The notes under the pieces are model-generated. The model searched no databases. It saw only the letters and a list, made by a program, of their open reading frames with translations, and was not told the DNA's origin. Made by a program: the position numbers and the translations under genes. From Lytechinus pictus (Eukaryota), in NCBI RefSeq assembly GCF_037042905.1, contig NC_087245.1, forward strand, positions 33,296,001 to 33,360,000: a DNA stretch of 64,000 nucleotides. Direction: 5' to 3'. Below are positions 27,168-39,219 of this stretch, piece by piece (within the stretch, counting starts at the first letter, position 1; each line of letters begins with the position of its first letter).

Positions 27168-27763
27168 TTAAAGGTCAAGTCCACCCCAGGAAAATGCTGA
27201 CTTGAATAAATAGAGAAAAATCAAACTAGCATAGTGCTGAAAATTTCATAAAAATCAGATGTAAAATAAGAAAGTTATGACATATTAAAGTTTCGCTTAT
27301 TTCATATGCACAACTAGGTGAGTCAGTCGATGATGTCCATCACTCACTACATGTATTTCTTTCGTTTTTTATTGTTTGACTTATACAATATTTTTTTTTA
27401 TAGATTTTACAATAAGGACCAACGTGACTGAACCATATAGTATTAAACAATGCTAATTCCACATGTTCAGGGAGGAATTAATCGTTGTATCACTTGACAA
27501 TGAGGAGAAAATTAGAATATTTCATATTTCATATGATAAAATACAAAAGAAATAGTGAGTGGATGGCTTCATACATGTAGTCTCCTCATTTGCATACCAG
27601 CCAGGATGTGCATATAACTGTTTTGTGAAATTAAGCGAAACTTTAAAATGTCATAACTTTCTTATTTTACATCCGATTTTGATGAAATTTTCAGTGTTAT
27701 GCTTGTTGGATTTTTCTCTTTTTATTCAAATCAACTTTTTGTTGGGGTGGACTTGTCCTTTAA
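27168..27763. mobile_element. TTAA-flanked MITE family B, full length
   Basis: TTAAAGGTCAAGTCCACCCC / GGGGTGGACTTGTCCTTTAA TIRs. Confidence 0.88.
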
Positions 27764-28109
27764 GGGTTTGAAATCCATGGCAGCTCAATTCACACATACA
27801 AAATTATTGAATATTGTTATTAAAAAGTGATTCATTACACAAGTACAATGTATGCTATTTTGTGCTTGTCCACACCTATGGCCCATAACACATAGCTTAG
27901 CAACCATCAAAGAACATATTTTCAATGATTGCATTGACTACAATATACAATTAATTGTGAAAATCAAGTGTAATATTAATTGTTAACCTCTGTGTTTAAT
28001 ACACAACCCTGGACGTATCAGGATGCTTATGCTGAATTACATTATGACAAGCTCTTGATTTCAGTGATTAAATTTTGAATATCAGAAAATCAAATGACTA
28101 TTCTTGATA

Positions 28110-28348
28110 CACAGCAAAAACTGTGGTATTAACCAGTGTACATAGAGGACCACACCAGTTATTTTACACCGGTGTTGAATTGGTGGTGTTAGTTTTACAC
28201 CTATAGGTGTCATTACAACACCTTTGGTTGTTACATTTACACGCTTTGGTGTTATTTTTAATCTCTAGGTTGTAATTTTAACACCTCGGGGTGTGGTCCT
28301 CTATTAACACACACTGGTGTCAGTTTTAACACCGCAGTTTTTACAGTG
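28110..28348. mobile_element. EnSpm/CACTA-like MITE with 2-bp TA TSD
   Basis: CACAGCAAAAACTG / CAGTTTTTACAGTG termini with internal AACACC/GGTGTT repeats. Confidence 0.75.
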
Positions 28349-31300
28349 TAGAAAGAATTAAAAAAGCTCTGCATAAAACCTGAGAATCATAATCAATGTA
28401 AGCATATATACACAATATTGTGAAAGATCAGTGAACTCAATGTTGCCAATAAACATTCAAACCCTTTGATGACTCACAAATAAACACACATGCCTCTTCG
28501 AATATAAATATTGTGCTTTTATATAATTCAACTTGTTGTTATTCCACAAAATACTTCATTGTTATGCTGTCAGTTTGCTCAAATATGAAGTGGCATCAAA
28601 GGACAATATTTGGAATGATGGATATCCCCTTTCAAATGAATAGCGACATATGAAAATAATGTTCAGGTCCATAAAATTCTGACATACAATAGACACTGAA
28701 ATTTGCAAAATGTTTCAGACCGATTTGTATCAATGCAAGTCTAATAAAATTATGTGACTCTTCAGTGTTCTAGGAAGTAGGTCTGCACTGTTACATTTCA
28801 TTGATTTCATTTCCAACAACCATCAATATATAAATCCTGCCCATGCAACTAGAGATTTTGCATTTTTTCATACCCCTTCCACAGGGTTCTCTTTACTGGA
28901 TAGACACACACACACACACGTTACAAATCAAATCATCAGAAAAGAGATGCCGGTATAAATGACCACATCATTGCTAAGACAGAGACTTTTGTAGTTAATC
29001 ATTTTAATTAATTCAATAGTCAAAAGACACCAGAAAAAATGAGTAGGAAGTCGAGCGATCTCTGCCTCAGATACTTTTACCGAAGTTGGACAAAATGAGA
29101 CCATTTTTAATCCATTTCAAATAAATTATCCGTTAGGAACCACTTTTCCCAAACATTTAAGTATATGGATACCTGCTACAGGTATACTTGAATAAATCAC
29201 TTATTAACCAAATACCAATGATTATTAGTTCTCCTGATGTCACTGATAATCATCAGCCACACAGAAGGACTATTATGTACCTGCCTAAAATAGAATGTAA
29301 GTAGCTCATGAGAGAAATCATATTTGAGATCATTAGCTTGCGATGACAGGTTGATGGTCTCCGAACCTGCATGTTAAAGACTTTGATGAGAGATAGAAGA
29401 AGATTGTGGTATGGAAAGATGGGAAACAGATTCAAGAAGATTCTTTCGTGAACAAGTCTCTTGTGAAAAAGGCAAAAAAAGGTCAAGGTTGGTTTCATGT
29501 TATTTACAGAAGTAAAATCTAAAAGCCAAATTCAAAGAATTGTTCTTTGTGCGGATTCACCAAAATTTGAACTAAGCTCTAATTCAAAAATAAAATTATT
29601 AAGAGCAGAAATGCGCGGGCCATTTCTACAAGTGACACATCAAGACATAGCAGGAAGACATGCTACAGTAACATAGACCTTCATGGTGTCAGTGCAATTC
29701 TAATCCTAATATATCTGGCCTATTTCAGAAAACAATCAGATTATAGACCTGACCTTTCTCCCAGGAACATATGCTACTCTTTCACCCAGAACATTAGAAT
29801 GTCACCACTGTCCAGCTGATGTATGGTGCTATTTAACCATGAATTATATTCTTGATTTATTCATGGTAAGCCTACATCTGTTCCTTCATCACTTTAAATG
29901 CTTGCACTTGAATGTTGGATGTTTCTCTGCTCTGAATCCATTGCTCGTCCTCCCCCCCCCCCCCCCATCTCTCTTTCCCTCTTTCATTCTCCCTTTCTGC
30001 CTATCTCTCCCCTTTCCTTTTTTTGCTCTTTCTTTATATCTTTCCCATGTCTGTTCTTGCAACCACTATTTTATTCTCCCTCTCTCTCCATGGACCTACT
30101 GGCAGATCTCCCAACTCTCCAAACCTATTTCTTTTTCTCTCTCTCTTGCTCACTCTCTTCAGCACAACTATCGCTTTTTTATGTGTCTGTTAGAATTATA
30201 TATTACACTAAATATTTGAAAATTAAGGGTTACAAAATTTACCTATTCATCCCCTCTTCCTTCCGAGGTATCCTCCTTTTTGTTAGTGAGTCTTATTGTA
30301 AAAACTGCCTTTTTATAACCAATCAGTCAAATAACATCTACACCTTTAGGCTAATTAGTTGCACTTTTCATGTCTTCTGCTTTTTTACAAAAAATATTCC
30401 AGATAATTTTTCATTTATTTGTATTGCCTCCCAATAGTTGTCCAGAACACACATGGGCATTCTCTAATTCATAAAAAAACATGATACATAATGGTACAGC
30501 AAAAGTACATATGCAAGAGTTACAAAAATATATGTAGATGGTCAATAGAGGGGGCTGTTCATATATACAATCTTCTCAGCATTGTACAACTATCTATCAA
30601 AGGACAAAAATGCTGACCAATCTCATTTGATGATGCAAGTGACTTCATTAAAAATGATGTTGTTTGTTTTCTCTTCTGTCTCCTTTCCCCCCCCCCCCAT
30701 ATTTTCTGGATGATATCGACTTGGACGATGTTAATCTCAAAATCATATGTTAAGATGGGCCTAGAAATGTTTAAATGATACCCTTTCATTTTTTCATCAT
30801 GCTAAACAAAACCTCTTAATAAAAGTAAAGATAAAATGGGTCAAGCGGATAGGGTGTACAGGGGCATCAAAAGGGCACCAATGCTACAGGAAGCAATTCA
30901 TGTAACCTCCCTCAACACGTCTGGTTTCTTCATCTTCTTGTCATGCTCATCCCATATCTACCAGATAGAGGTAGTGGATCCAGCAATTTTCTCTGAGGGG
31001 GAGGGAGAGGGATGGATAAAATTTGATCAATGCATGGACTTGAATTTGATCAAAACATGGATCTACTACTCAGAGTAGTTGGTCCATGGTCAAAATAACC
31101 ATTGTCCTGACTTTTAGAGTGAAAGGGCCAGAAAATATAATGCAAATGAGGATTAAAGTAATGATGACAATCACAATGGTCTGAACATGTGAACCAAAAC
31201 TGTGCAAAAGTGGGGTAGCAGTTAATGCCTTACTTCCAATGATTTTGGTGGCACTGAAAGGGTTAAATTGAGATTCACACTGACATGAATTTAGATTTCA

Positions 31301-31483
31301 CTGAGACACACCTTGTGTAGTTCTGTTCTACTAGCAAAATCAGAAAGCCATTTCTTTTTTTAAATGGATACTGAATGTGATAACTGCAAAATTCAATTCA
31401 GTACGCACCATCATATGCTTTATACAAATATCAATATCATGTTATAAATGACCAAAATTTTTCTACCTCACATCAACTCACAA

Positions 31484-31957
31484 GAGGTGGTTTCAGACCG
31501 CCTCGAAGTTCGTCAGTTCCAGGTATTCTCTGATCGGGAAATTTATCCCGATCAGAAAATACCAGGTATTTTGGTAATGTGAAAGCAAACTACGCGTAAT
31601 TTCCCCGAAAGAAAATACCCGCTAAATAGTAGGTACTTGGCGAAATTACGAGAACTTTCGCGGGGATTTTTCCAAGGTCGCAGGTATTTTGGCGATGTGA
31701 AAGCAAATTACGGGAACTTTTAGCCCAGCGTGTCGTTGGGTGCGGCGCCGTGGGTGGCTGCTGGGCTAGTAGTTTTGAATCTCGCGCCTTGCCTGCTTAT
31801 TAGACCATGCTGCGCATGCTCCTAACTTCAGGAATTTATCCCGAAGTGTATGTTTCGGGGCAGTCTGAATGCAGGAATAATTAATGGGTATTTTTTAGCC
31901 TAAAAATGTTCTCGTAATTTAACGGGGATTCTTGTGATCGAGGCGGTTTGAAACCTC
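31484..31957. mobile_element. CpG-rich MITE family F
   Basis: GAGGTGGTTTCAGACCGCCTCGA / TCGAGGCGGTTTGAAACCTC TIRs. Confidence 0.8.
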
Positions 31958-32340
31958 GGTTTATACAATATTTCAATTTTTACGAATTTGACAATTAGGA
32001 CCTCCTTGCCTGAATCACAAAATGTTAGAATAATGGAATTCCACGTGTTCAGAGAGGAATGAAACTTCATTTCACATGACAATGACGAGAAAATCAAACT
32101 ATTTCATATTTCATATAATAAAATACAAAATAAATAGTGAGTGAGTGATGTCATCAGTTCCCTCATTTGCATACTGACCGAGATGTGCATATAACTGTTT
32201 TGTGAAATGAAGCGAAACTTTAAAATGTCATAACTTTCTTATTTTACATCCGATTTTGATGAATTTTTCAGTGTTATGCTTGCTGAATTTTTTTCCTTTT
32301 ATTCAAATCAAGTTTTTGTTGGGGTGGACTTGTCGTTTAA
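31958..32340. mobile_element. MITE family B, right half only
   Basis: Matches ~27380-27763; ends GGGGTGGACTTGTCGTTTAA. Confidence 0.8.
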
Positions 32341-32731
32341 TAAGATGTGTACCAGTAGAAAGGCTGGGAAGTTGGGGGGGGGGGCATCTTGGAGCATCTT
32401 GACCCTCACCAGATTATCATCCTCAGGTGCCAGGCAAATAAATGTCTATTTTTTCGAAGTTCTGGGACCCGTTTGACAAAACTTGTTATCGTCCAGGATA
32501 GGTAGGCCCCATAGAAAATTGACTGAACCTTGTTGTTTCATATAAACAATATTTTTCAATGGTTTCTTGTCGATTCGAGGGTGCTGATTATGAATCTGAA
32601 TGATGCCACTCATGTAAACTTCAGCATTTTCCACAAATTGGCAAAATCAAATATGGCCACCAAAATTACCAATGAAAATCATAAAATTGCGCATTGGCTA
32701 TAAATTGTGTTGCATGAGTTAAATACTCTCT

Positions 32732-33759
32732 AAACAAGTGGAATGCCTCTGGAGGTCTCACCTGCATCACGCGATTCAATATAGCAGCAGTGCTGACTTT
32801 GAAAACTACTATAACTCGCACAAGATGTTCAGTGATACTTGGTTACTCTTATGTCCACGTTTTATGAACTAGACCAATACACTTACAGAGATATGATGCT
32901 AATTCAACAAATACCACCAACGTGGCCAAAGTTCAGTGACCTTACATGACCTTTGACCTTGATCATGTGACCTGAAACTCGCACAGGATGTTCAGTGATA
33001 CTCGATTACTCTTATGTCCCAGTTTCATGAATAAGATCCATAAACTTTCAAAAAGTTATGATGGTAATTCAACAGATACCCCCATTATGACCAAAGTTCA
33101 TTGACCTTTGACCTTGGTCATGTGACCTGAAATGCGCACAGGATGTTCAGTGATACTTGATTACTCTTATGTCCAAGTTTAATGAACTAGACCAATATAC
33201 TTTCAAAGTTATAATTGTAATTCAACAAATACCCCCAATTCGGCCAAAGTTCATTGACCCTAAATGACCTTTGACCTTAATCATGTGACCTGAAACTTGC
33301 ACAGGATGTTCAGTGATACTTGATTACTATTATGTCCCAGTTTCATGAATCAGATCCATAAACTTTAAAAGTTATGATGGTAATTCAACAGACTTGATTA
33401 ACCTTATGTCCAAGTTTCATGAACTAGGTCCATATATTTTCTAAGTTATGATGACATTTCAAAAACTTAACCTTAGGTTAAGATTTTGATGTTTTTTTTA
33501 TGTTGATTCCCCCAACATGGTCTAAGTTCATTGACCCTAAATGACCTTTGACCTTGGTCATGTGACATGAAACTCATGCAGGATGTTTAGTGATACTTGA
33601 TTAACCTTATGGCCAAGTTTCATGAACTAGGTCCATATACTTTCTAAGTTATGCTGTCATTTCAAAAACTTAACCTTCGGTTAAGATTTGGTGTTGACAC
33701 TGCCGCCGTCGGAAAAGCGGCGCCTATGGTCTCACACTGCTATGCAGGTGAGACAAAAA
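32732..33759 (-). mobile_element. HINE/DINE-1/pearl-like Helentron-associated element, copy 1
   Basis: Subterminal inverted repeats GTCTCACCTGCAT (32755-67) / ATGCAGGTGAGAC (33742-54), a short IR hairpin at 33729-33754, a GCC microrepeat, internal ~150-bp tandem units containing TGACCTTTGACCTT, A/T-run ends and no TSD. Confidence 0.8.
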
Positions 33760-33832
33760 CTTAACTTTGGTTGGTTGATAAGATTTCATTGTTGATGCCG
33801 CCGCCATTGAAAAAGCGGCTATTCCTGCATGC
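33760..33832 (-). mobile_element. Short terminal fragment of the same HINE family
   Basis: Repeats AACTTAAC..TTGATGCCGCCGCC..GAAAAAGCGG, matching the end of HINE copy 1. Confidence 0.6.
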
Positions 33833-33928
33833 ATATAACAATATTAATGATAATAATGATAATAAAAATAATAATACCAGTAATATGTCTCACTACACTA
33901 CCATCTTTAGAGGCAATTTTCTAACTTT

Positions 33929-34000
33929 GTAATAATAATAATAATACATAGAATTTGTATAGCGCACTTTCCTTCCTAATTAGATGCTCGAGGCACTTAA
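33929..34000 (-). mobile_element. 3' tail of an L2-type LINE or SINE
   Basis: Minus strand reads GCGCTATACAAAT..(TAT)n, a typical L2-related tail. Confidence 0.45.
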
Positions 34001-34471
34001 TAGGAATTACAAAAGGGAGAAATCAAGTAGATGACAAGCTTGCACTAATAAACAATAGCCTTTTCATCAGATTGTAGATTTTTGTATGTTTTCTCTCTCA
34101 CAAGAAGTTTGTGAGCTCCACAATTACGCACTCTCTCTCCACTTGCTTTTACTACTCTGATCCAATTGCTTCTATATTACTGTTTGGACTCATCAAGTTG
34201 ATATAACATTTGTATCATTGATTCAAAGACATTAATGCAAATGCCTCTTGCCTTCATTTCAATGTACTCACCTAGACTATCTGTAATGCATGAAGCGCAA
34301 ATGAGAATGCATGTCTGCATGTAATTCTGTTAGGCTCCTGATGTTTTTTACAACAACATTCTACATTCCAAAGGGAAGTCAATTTAAAAGTCATTCAACA
34401 AAGGTGGTAGAAGCCATTGTCAGCATTGATCTGTTATCATCACATTCGGATACTAATAACTTCTTGAAACA

Positions 34472-37400
34472 ATGAAGATGCTTAACTTCATATATCTTTT
34501 GTTCTTGTTACCTACAAGTCAATCAAGATGCCTAAATCTCTGTGAATGTGAGCGGAAAGCTTTCACCATCAATATAGCATGCAGGGAGCGTGATCTGCAT
34601 GACATTCCACAGGACCTCCCATGCAATATTGGTTTGCTTGACTTAAGTAGAAACTTCATTACTACCCTAAAGAAAGAGTCATTCTCATGCCAAAATGAGT
34701 TGGCAGCACTTCTCCTGTCTAACAACCATCTCCGCATCATAGAGCAGAAAGTCTTTGATGATGCAGAACATCTGGTATACATAGACCTAAGCTCAAACTT
34801 TCTTGAGAGTTTACCATACCTTGGTTCTTTACCTTTCATTCAAAAAATATCTATCATCCGGAATTCTTTGACGGATTGGAATCATCAGACACTCAGCAAC
34901 ATATCAGGACCACACCTTTCATTACTTCACCTTGCATTCAACAAACTAAAGAATCTACCGGAATTTCCAGTTAAAATATCTGCTCTAGAGCTAAAGGGAA
35001 ATGCAATCACTGACCTGTCAAAAAAAATGTTTATATATCCAAAAACTGTATCATCTCTGGACATTTCCTACAACGATGTTGAGTACCTGTACAGACTGCA
35101 AACAATGGAGAACCTTAAGACACTCTCTATTGCATTCAACCAAATAAGAGAAATTACAACCACTGTATTCACTCACCTACCTTCGATTGAAACAATCAAC
35201 CTTCAAGGAAACAGCATCGTGGATGTCTCTGCCATCCATGATATTCCACATATCAAGTCTATCATATTAGACCACAATCAAATAAGATCTATAAATAGAC
35301 CAGCATTCACTAATATTCCAGATATAGAAACAATTAATTTGCAGCATAATAAAATCATTGAAATCAAAGGTGATTATTATTTCAACATACCAACTAGTCT
35401 TATCCTCTCCTACAACAACATGATTGCAATGAACATATTCCAAGGTAGATATCACTCTAACTTAAAGATTCTCAATGTTGATGATAATAATCTGCAAGTA
35501 CTTTCCCTCATTTATTTTCCTGATTTAACTTCTATATTTGCCTGTTGCAATAAAATTACAATTTTGGAATTTGGTATTTATGATTATCAACATTTAGTAT
35601 ACATCAATTTATCTTGGAACAAAATTACAAACATTACAAACTTTCAACACTTGACAAACGTACAAAGCTTGCACCTATCGCACAATTTCTTAACAAAATG
35701 GAGTGATCAAAATTTGTTAGGCTCATCTCAGCTCATTCTCCTCAGAGTTAACGACAACAGATTGTCATTGCTTTCAAATTTCACAGCCTTGCCACGACTT
35801 GAAGATCTAGATTTGTCTGGCAATGTACTTCACACTATAGAACATTCATCCTTTGAATTCCTACAAAGACTTGCCACTTTAAATCTTGCCAAAAATAAGA
35901 TTTCTCACCTTGGTTTCCTGAGGCCCATTACCTCACTCCAAACGCTGAACCTTAATTACAACAGACTTGTGGCAATCGACCCTAAAGATCTCTCAAATCT
36001 TATAAATCTAAGAACTTTACACATAGCATTTAATTTGTTAGTAGAGGTTCCTACATTTACCAAAAGCTTGAACTCCCTTCGAAACCTTGACATCAGTCAT
36101 AACCTATTACCTCATTTGAATCTTAGCCATGCCTTTAATCAAAGCATACCCATTAATATCAATGCAGCGGACAATAGAATTACCCAAGTTATTTCAACTT
36201 CAACCTTGTATCTAAATATTAATAACAATACAATTGGAGCTTCAAATTCAAGTTTACTTTCAGCAAGCAATATCTTTGCATGCAACAATAAATTGACAGA
36301 TTTCAAACATGTTAGATTTTCAAGCACTTTGAAGGGACTTTATCTAAACAAAAATCAAATAGCTACCATACCAAATTTTACATTTGTTTTTGCATCTTCA
36401 CTCCTCTTTCTAGAATTGGATGATAACCAGATAGTTGATATATCTCATTTAGCTTTCATTGGTCTTCAGTTTGTTGTCAGGATAAAGCTAGAACGAAATC
36501 GTCTGTCACACCTACATTCTGGGGTGTTTTCAAATATTCAGGAGCTACAATACCTTTATTTAAAAGGAAATCCTTTCACATTCATTTCAAGTGAACTATT
36601 TTCAGGAATACCTTGTATATTGGGTATATATTTTTCAAATATCCCAGCCTCAAACATGTCCATACAAGCATTGCAAGATATTAAAACTGTTATATTTTTG
36701 GATCTTCATGAAAATTTGGCATTTCAAGCATTGATTTTTACAAACTCAAGTATACAACAAGATGTTGCTTTGGAATTTTCAAATCTGCTTTTATTAAATC
36801 TCTCTTCAAACAATCTTGGAAATTCTTGTCCATCGTTATCAATAAACACTCTGAATGCGCTTGATTATTCTAACAACACAATTACTTCAATCCCTAGACA
36901 CTGTCTACCAAGAAAGAGTAGGCCATACAATCTCTTCTTGTCACACAATCAAATACAAAACATCTCCAAAGATTCATTTGATAAACATCAGCAATTCTGG
37001 TTGTTGGATTTAAGGTATAACAATATTGTGTTCTTTGAACTAGGTTCCTTACAACATCAGACACACTTGATATATTTATATCTTCAAGACAACCAACTCA
37101 CGAAAATTCACCTTGCTATCTCAACATTCTCTTTGAAGCCAATATTTATCTACTTACAAAATAACCATTTGTCATGTGATTGCCAACTTTTTAAAACTAT
37201 TCGAGCACTCCGACAAATACCCAAACCAACAGTTTGTCAAAAACCTTCTTTGTACATCAACTCCTCTATTGCTGAGCTGACTGGCACTGATACATGTCGC
37301 CCACAACTGTGCTCTCCACCATATCAAACTATGCTTTCGTTTGTCGGTGATCAAATGATTGAGTTACCTTGTCCTATTAAGACATCAAACAACATTTACT

Positions 37401-37762
37401 GGTCAGTCTCATTAAAAGGGCAGCAACTCTTAACCTCTTTCTTACCAGATGGAGTGGACATTCTTCCTCACAATTCTCTTATCATTACTCATGTCAGGAA
37501 AAACATGACTGGACTTTATAGCTGTTGGACTGAGAATGAAGGTGATCAAACAAAGTTTACAGTAGAATTACTTGTAGAGGATGAGATAGGAAACATGAGG
37601 AAAGAGACTCATAACCATTCAGTAATGTTAGCCAGAAAGTGGAAGGACACACTTGTATGTGGTAACAAATCTTTTGCTTCAAGTCAATGTAATATCGTCA
37701 GTAAATCATATAACTCATTGTTTGTATTTATGCTAGGTATCCATTCACTTATCACAAAGTAG
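34472..37762 (+). CDS. Intronless leucine-rich-repeat + immunoglobulin domain (LIG-type) secreted or GPI-anchored protein, 1096 aa
   Basis: 3.3-kb uninterrupted ORF. Hydrophobic signal peptide (MKMLNFIYLLFLLPTSQS), LRRNT (CLNLCEC...C), roughly 30 LxxLxLxxNxI/L repeats, LRRCT (NNHLSCDCQL...VCQKP...C), Ig domain (LPCP..IYW...SLIITHV....GLYSCW) and a short hydrophobic C-terminus (SLFVFMLGIHSLITK). No TIR or other cytoplasmic domain. Confidence 0.93.
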   Translation: MKMLNFIYLLFLLPTSQSRCLNLCECERKAFTINIACRERDLHDIPQDLPCNIGLLDLSRNFITTLKKESFSCQNELAALLLSNNHLRIIEQKVFDDAEHLVYIDLSSNFLESLPYLGSLPFIQKISIIRNSLTDWNHQTLSNISGPHLSLLHLAFNKLKNLPEFPVKISALELKGNAITDLSKKMFIYPKTVSSLDISYNDVEYLYRLQTMENLKTLSIAFNQIREITTTVFTHLPSIETINLQGNSIVDVSAIHDIPHIKSIILDHNQIRSINRPAFTNIPDIETINLQHNKIIEIKGDYYFNIPTSLILSYNNMIAMNIFQGRYHSNLKILNVDDNNLQVLSLIYFPDLTSIFACCNKITILEFGIYDYQHLVYINLSWNKITNITNFQHLTNVQSLHLSHNFLTKWSDQNLLGSSQLILLRVNDNRLSLLSNFTALPRLEDLDLSGNVLHTIEHSSFEFLQRLATLNLAKNKISHLGFLRPITSLQTLNLNYNRLVAIDPKDLSNLINLRTLHIAFNLLVEVPTFTKSLNSLRNLDISHNLLPHLNLSHAFNQSIPININAADNRITQVISTSTLYLNINNNTIGASNSSLLSASNIFACNNKLTDFKHVRFSSTLKGLYLNKNQIATIPNFTFVFASSLLFLELDDNQIVDISHLAFIGLQFVVRIKLERNRLSHLHSGVFSNIQELQYLYLKGNPFTFISSELFSGIPCILGIYFSNIPASNMSIQALQDIKTVIFLDLHENLAFQALIFTNSSIQQDVALEFSNLLLLNLSSNNLGNSCPSLSINTLNALDYSNNTITSIPRHCLPRKSRPYNLFLSHNQIQNISKDSFDKHQQFWLLDLRYNNIVFFELGSLQHQTHLIYLYLQDNQLTKIHLAISTFSLKPIFIYLQNNHLSCDCQLFKTIRALRQIPKPTVCQKPSLYINSSIAELTGTDTCRPQLCSPPYQTMLSFVGDQMIELPCPIKTSNNIYWSVSLKGQQLLTSFLPDGVDILPHNSLIITHVRKNMTGLYSCWTENEGDQTKFTVELLVEDEIGNMRKETHNHSVMLARKWKDTLVCGNKSFASSQCNIVSKSYNSLFVFMLGIHSLITK

Positions 37763-38312
37763 TAATAAGCCAAGAACACTCTAATACAAATGCAAATACA
37801 TTTTTTATATACTATGGAGAGATTTTTTAAATTTAATTTTCATGTAGGCCTACTAGATTTAGATTTTGTTCATTTTCATTAACAAAATACTGTGTAGCAA
37901 GTGTGCTGAAGTGTCAGTATGTTTACACAATTGATGCAAAATAGCATATTCTTTTGTTTTTAAAGGACAAAATGTAAACACCACTGCTGTTTCATAGATG
38001 TGTGCTATATAGAAGTATTTCGTACATGTAGACTATATTTGCATATCTTTGCTCAATTTGAAATGTTCGTACTTCATTCTTGATATTGTGAATCAGTGGA
38101 TGTGTACTTTCATACTCCCGAGTCATGTCATATACTGTATATAATTTGAGATATACATTCAATACTCATCAACTTAATAATCAATTGCAATCTTTCGTTA
38201 CGGGGCTAGAAGTTTCGTGTAAGAGAGATTGCAAAATAATCATTGCGATGTGTGTGAACCTATTGTTAACGATGTTGTAAGCTCTGTCAAGTGTTTACCA
38301 CCATACACCATT

Positions 38313-38392
38313 CATGATGGCTCAGTGGTAGAGCGCCCACCTCGTGAATGATAGGTGGTTTGATTCTTGGCCGAGTCGTACCAAAGACTTAT
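38313..38392 (+). mobile_element. Truncated tRNA-derived SINE head
   Basis: TGGCTCAGTGGTAGAGCG A-box, a degenerate B-box, then CCGAGTCGTACCAAAGACTT as in the SINE at 17933; ends at HINE copy 2. Confidence 0.65.
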
Positions 38393-39219
38393 AACAAGTG
38401 GAGCGCCTCTGGCAGTCTCGCCTGCATTACGCGATTCAATATAGCAGCAGTGCTGACTTTGCAAATGACTATGAAATAATTATTCACAAAAAATACCATT
38501 CATATAATATGTTACGACATTAATTGACCCTAAATGACATTTGACCTTGATCAAGTGACCTACTACTGGTACGAGATGAGCAACGATTACCCTAATGTCT
38601 ACATTTCATTTACTATATTCATAATTTTTTAAAAGTTATGATGGTAATTCAACAATGACCTCCAACATGGCAAAAGTTCATCAACCTTAAATTTGACCTG
38701 AAATTTGCACAGGATGTTCAGTGATAATTGATTAATCTTATTTCCAAGTTTTATTAACTAGCTTCATAAACATTAAAAGTCATGACGAAATTCAACAAAT
38801 ATCCCCAACATGCCCAAAGTGTTTTGACCCAAAATGACCTTTGACCTTGGTCATGTGACCTGAAACTTGAGCAGAATGTTAAGTAATATTTTATTACTTT
38901 TATCTGTAAATTTTATGAACTAGATCCATATATTTTTGAAGTAATGATGACATTTCAAAAAACTTATCCTTGGGTTAAGATTTCAATATTGATTCCCCCA
39001 ACATGGTCTAAATTCATTGACCCTAAATGACCTGTGACCTTGGTCATGTGACCAGAAACTCAGGCATGGTGTTCAGTAAACGTGATTACCCAAGTTTCAT
39101 GACCTAGGTCCATATACTTTTTAAGTTATGATGATTTTTATTTCAGTGTTGAATACGCCGCCGCTGTCGCCATCAGAAAAGCAGCGCCTATAGTCTCGCT
39201 CTGCTATGCAGGCAAGAAA
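38393..39219 (-). mobile_element. HINE/DINE-like element, copy 2 (same family and orientation as copy 1)
   Basis: Same AACAAGTGGA.GCCTCTGG..GTCTC.CCTGCAT start, same tandem units and same CTATGCAGG...AAAAA end as 32732-33759. Confidence 0.8.

Noticed and set aside
32820..33680. CRISPR-like or satellite array
   Set aside because: Units are contiguous tandem repeats without unique spacers, internal to a HINE element.
34472..37762. Toll-like receptor or VLR call
   Set aside because: No TM+TIR region, and the Ig domain and length do not fit a VLR; no gene symbol assigned.
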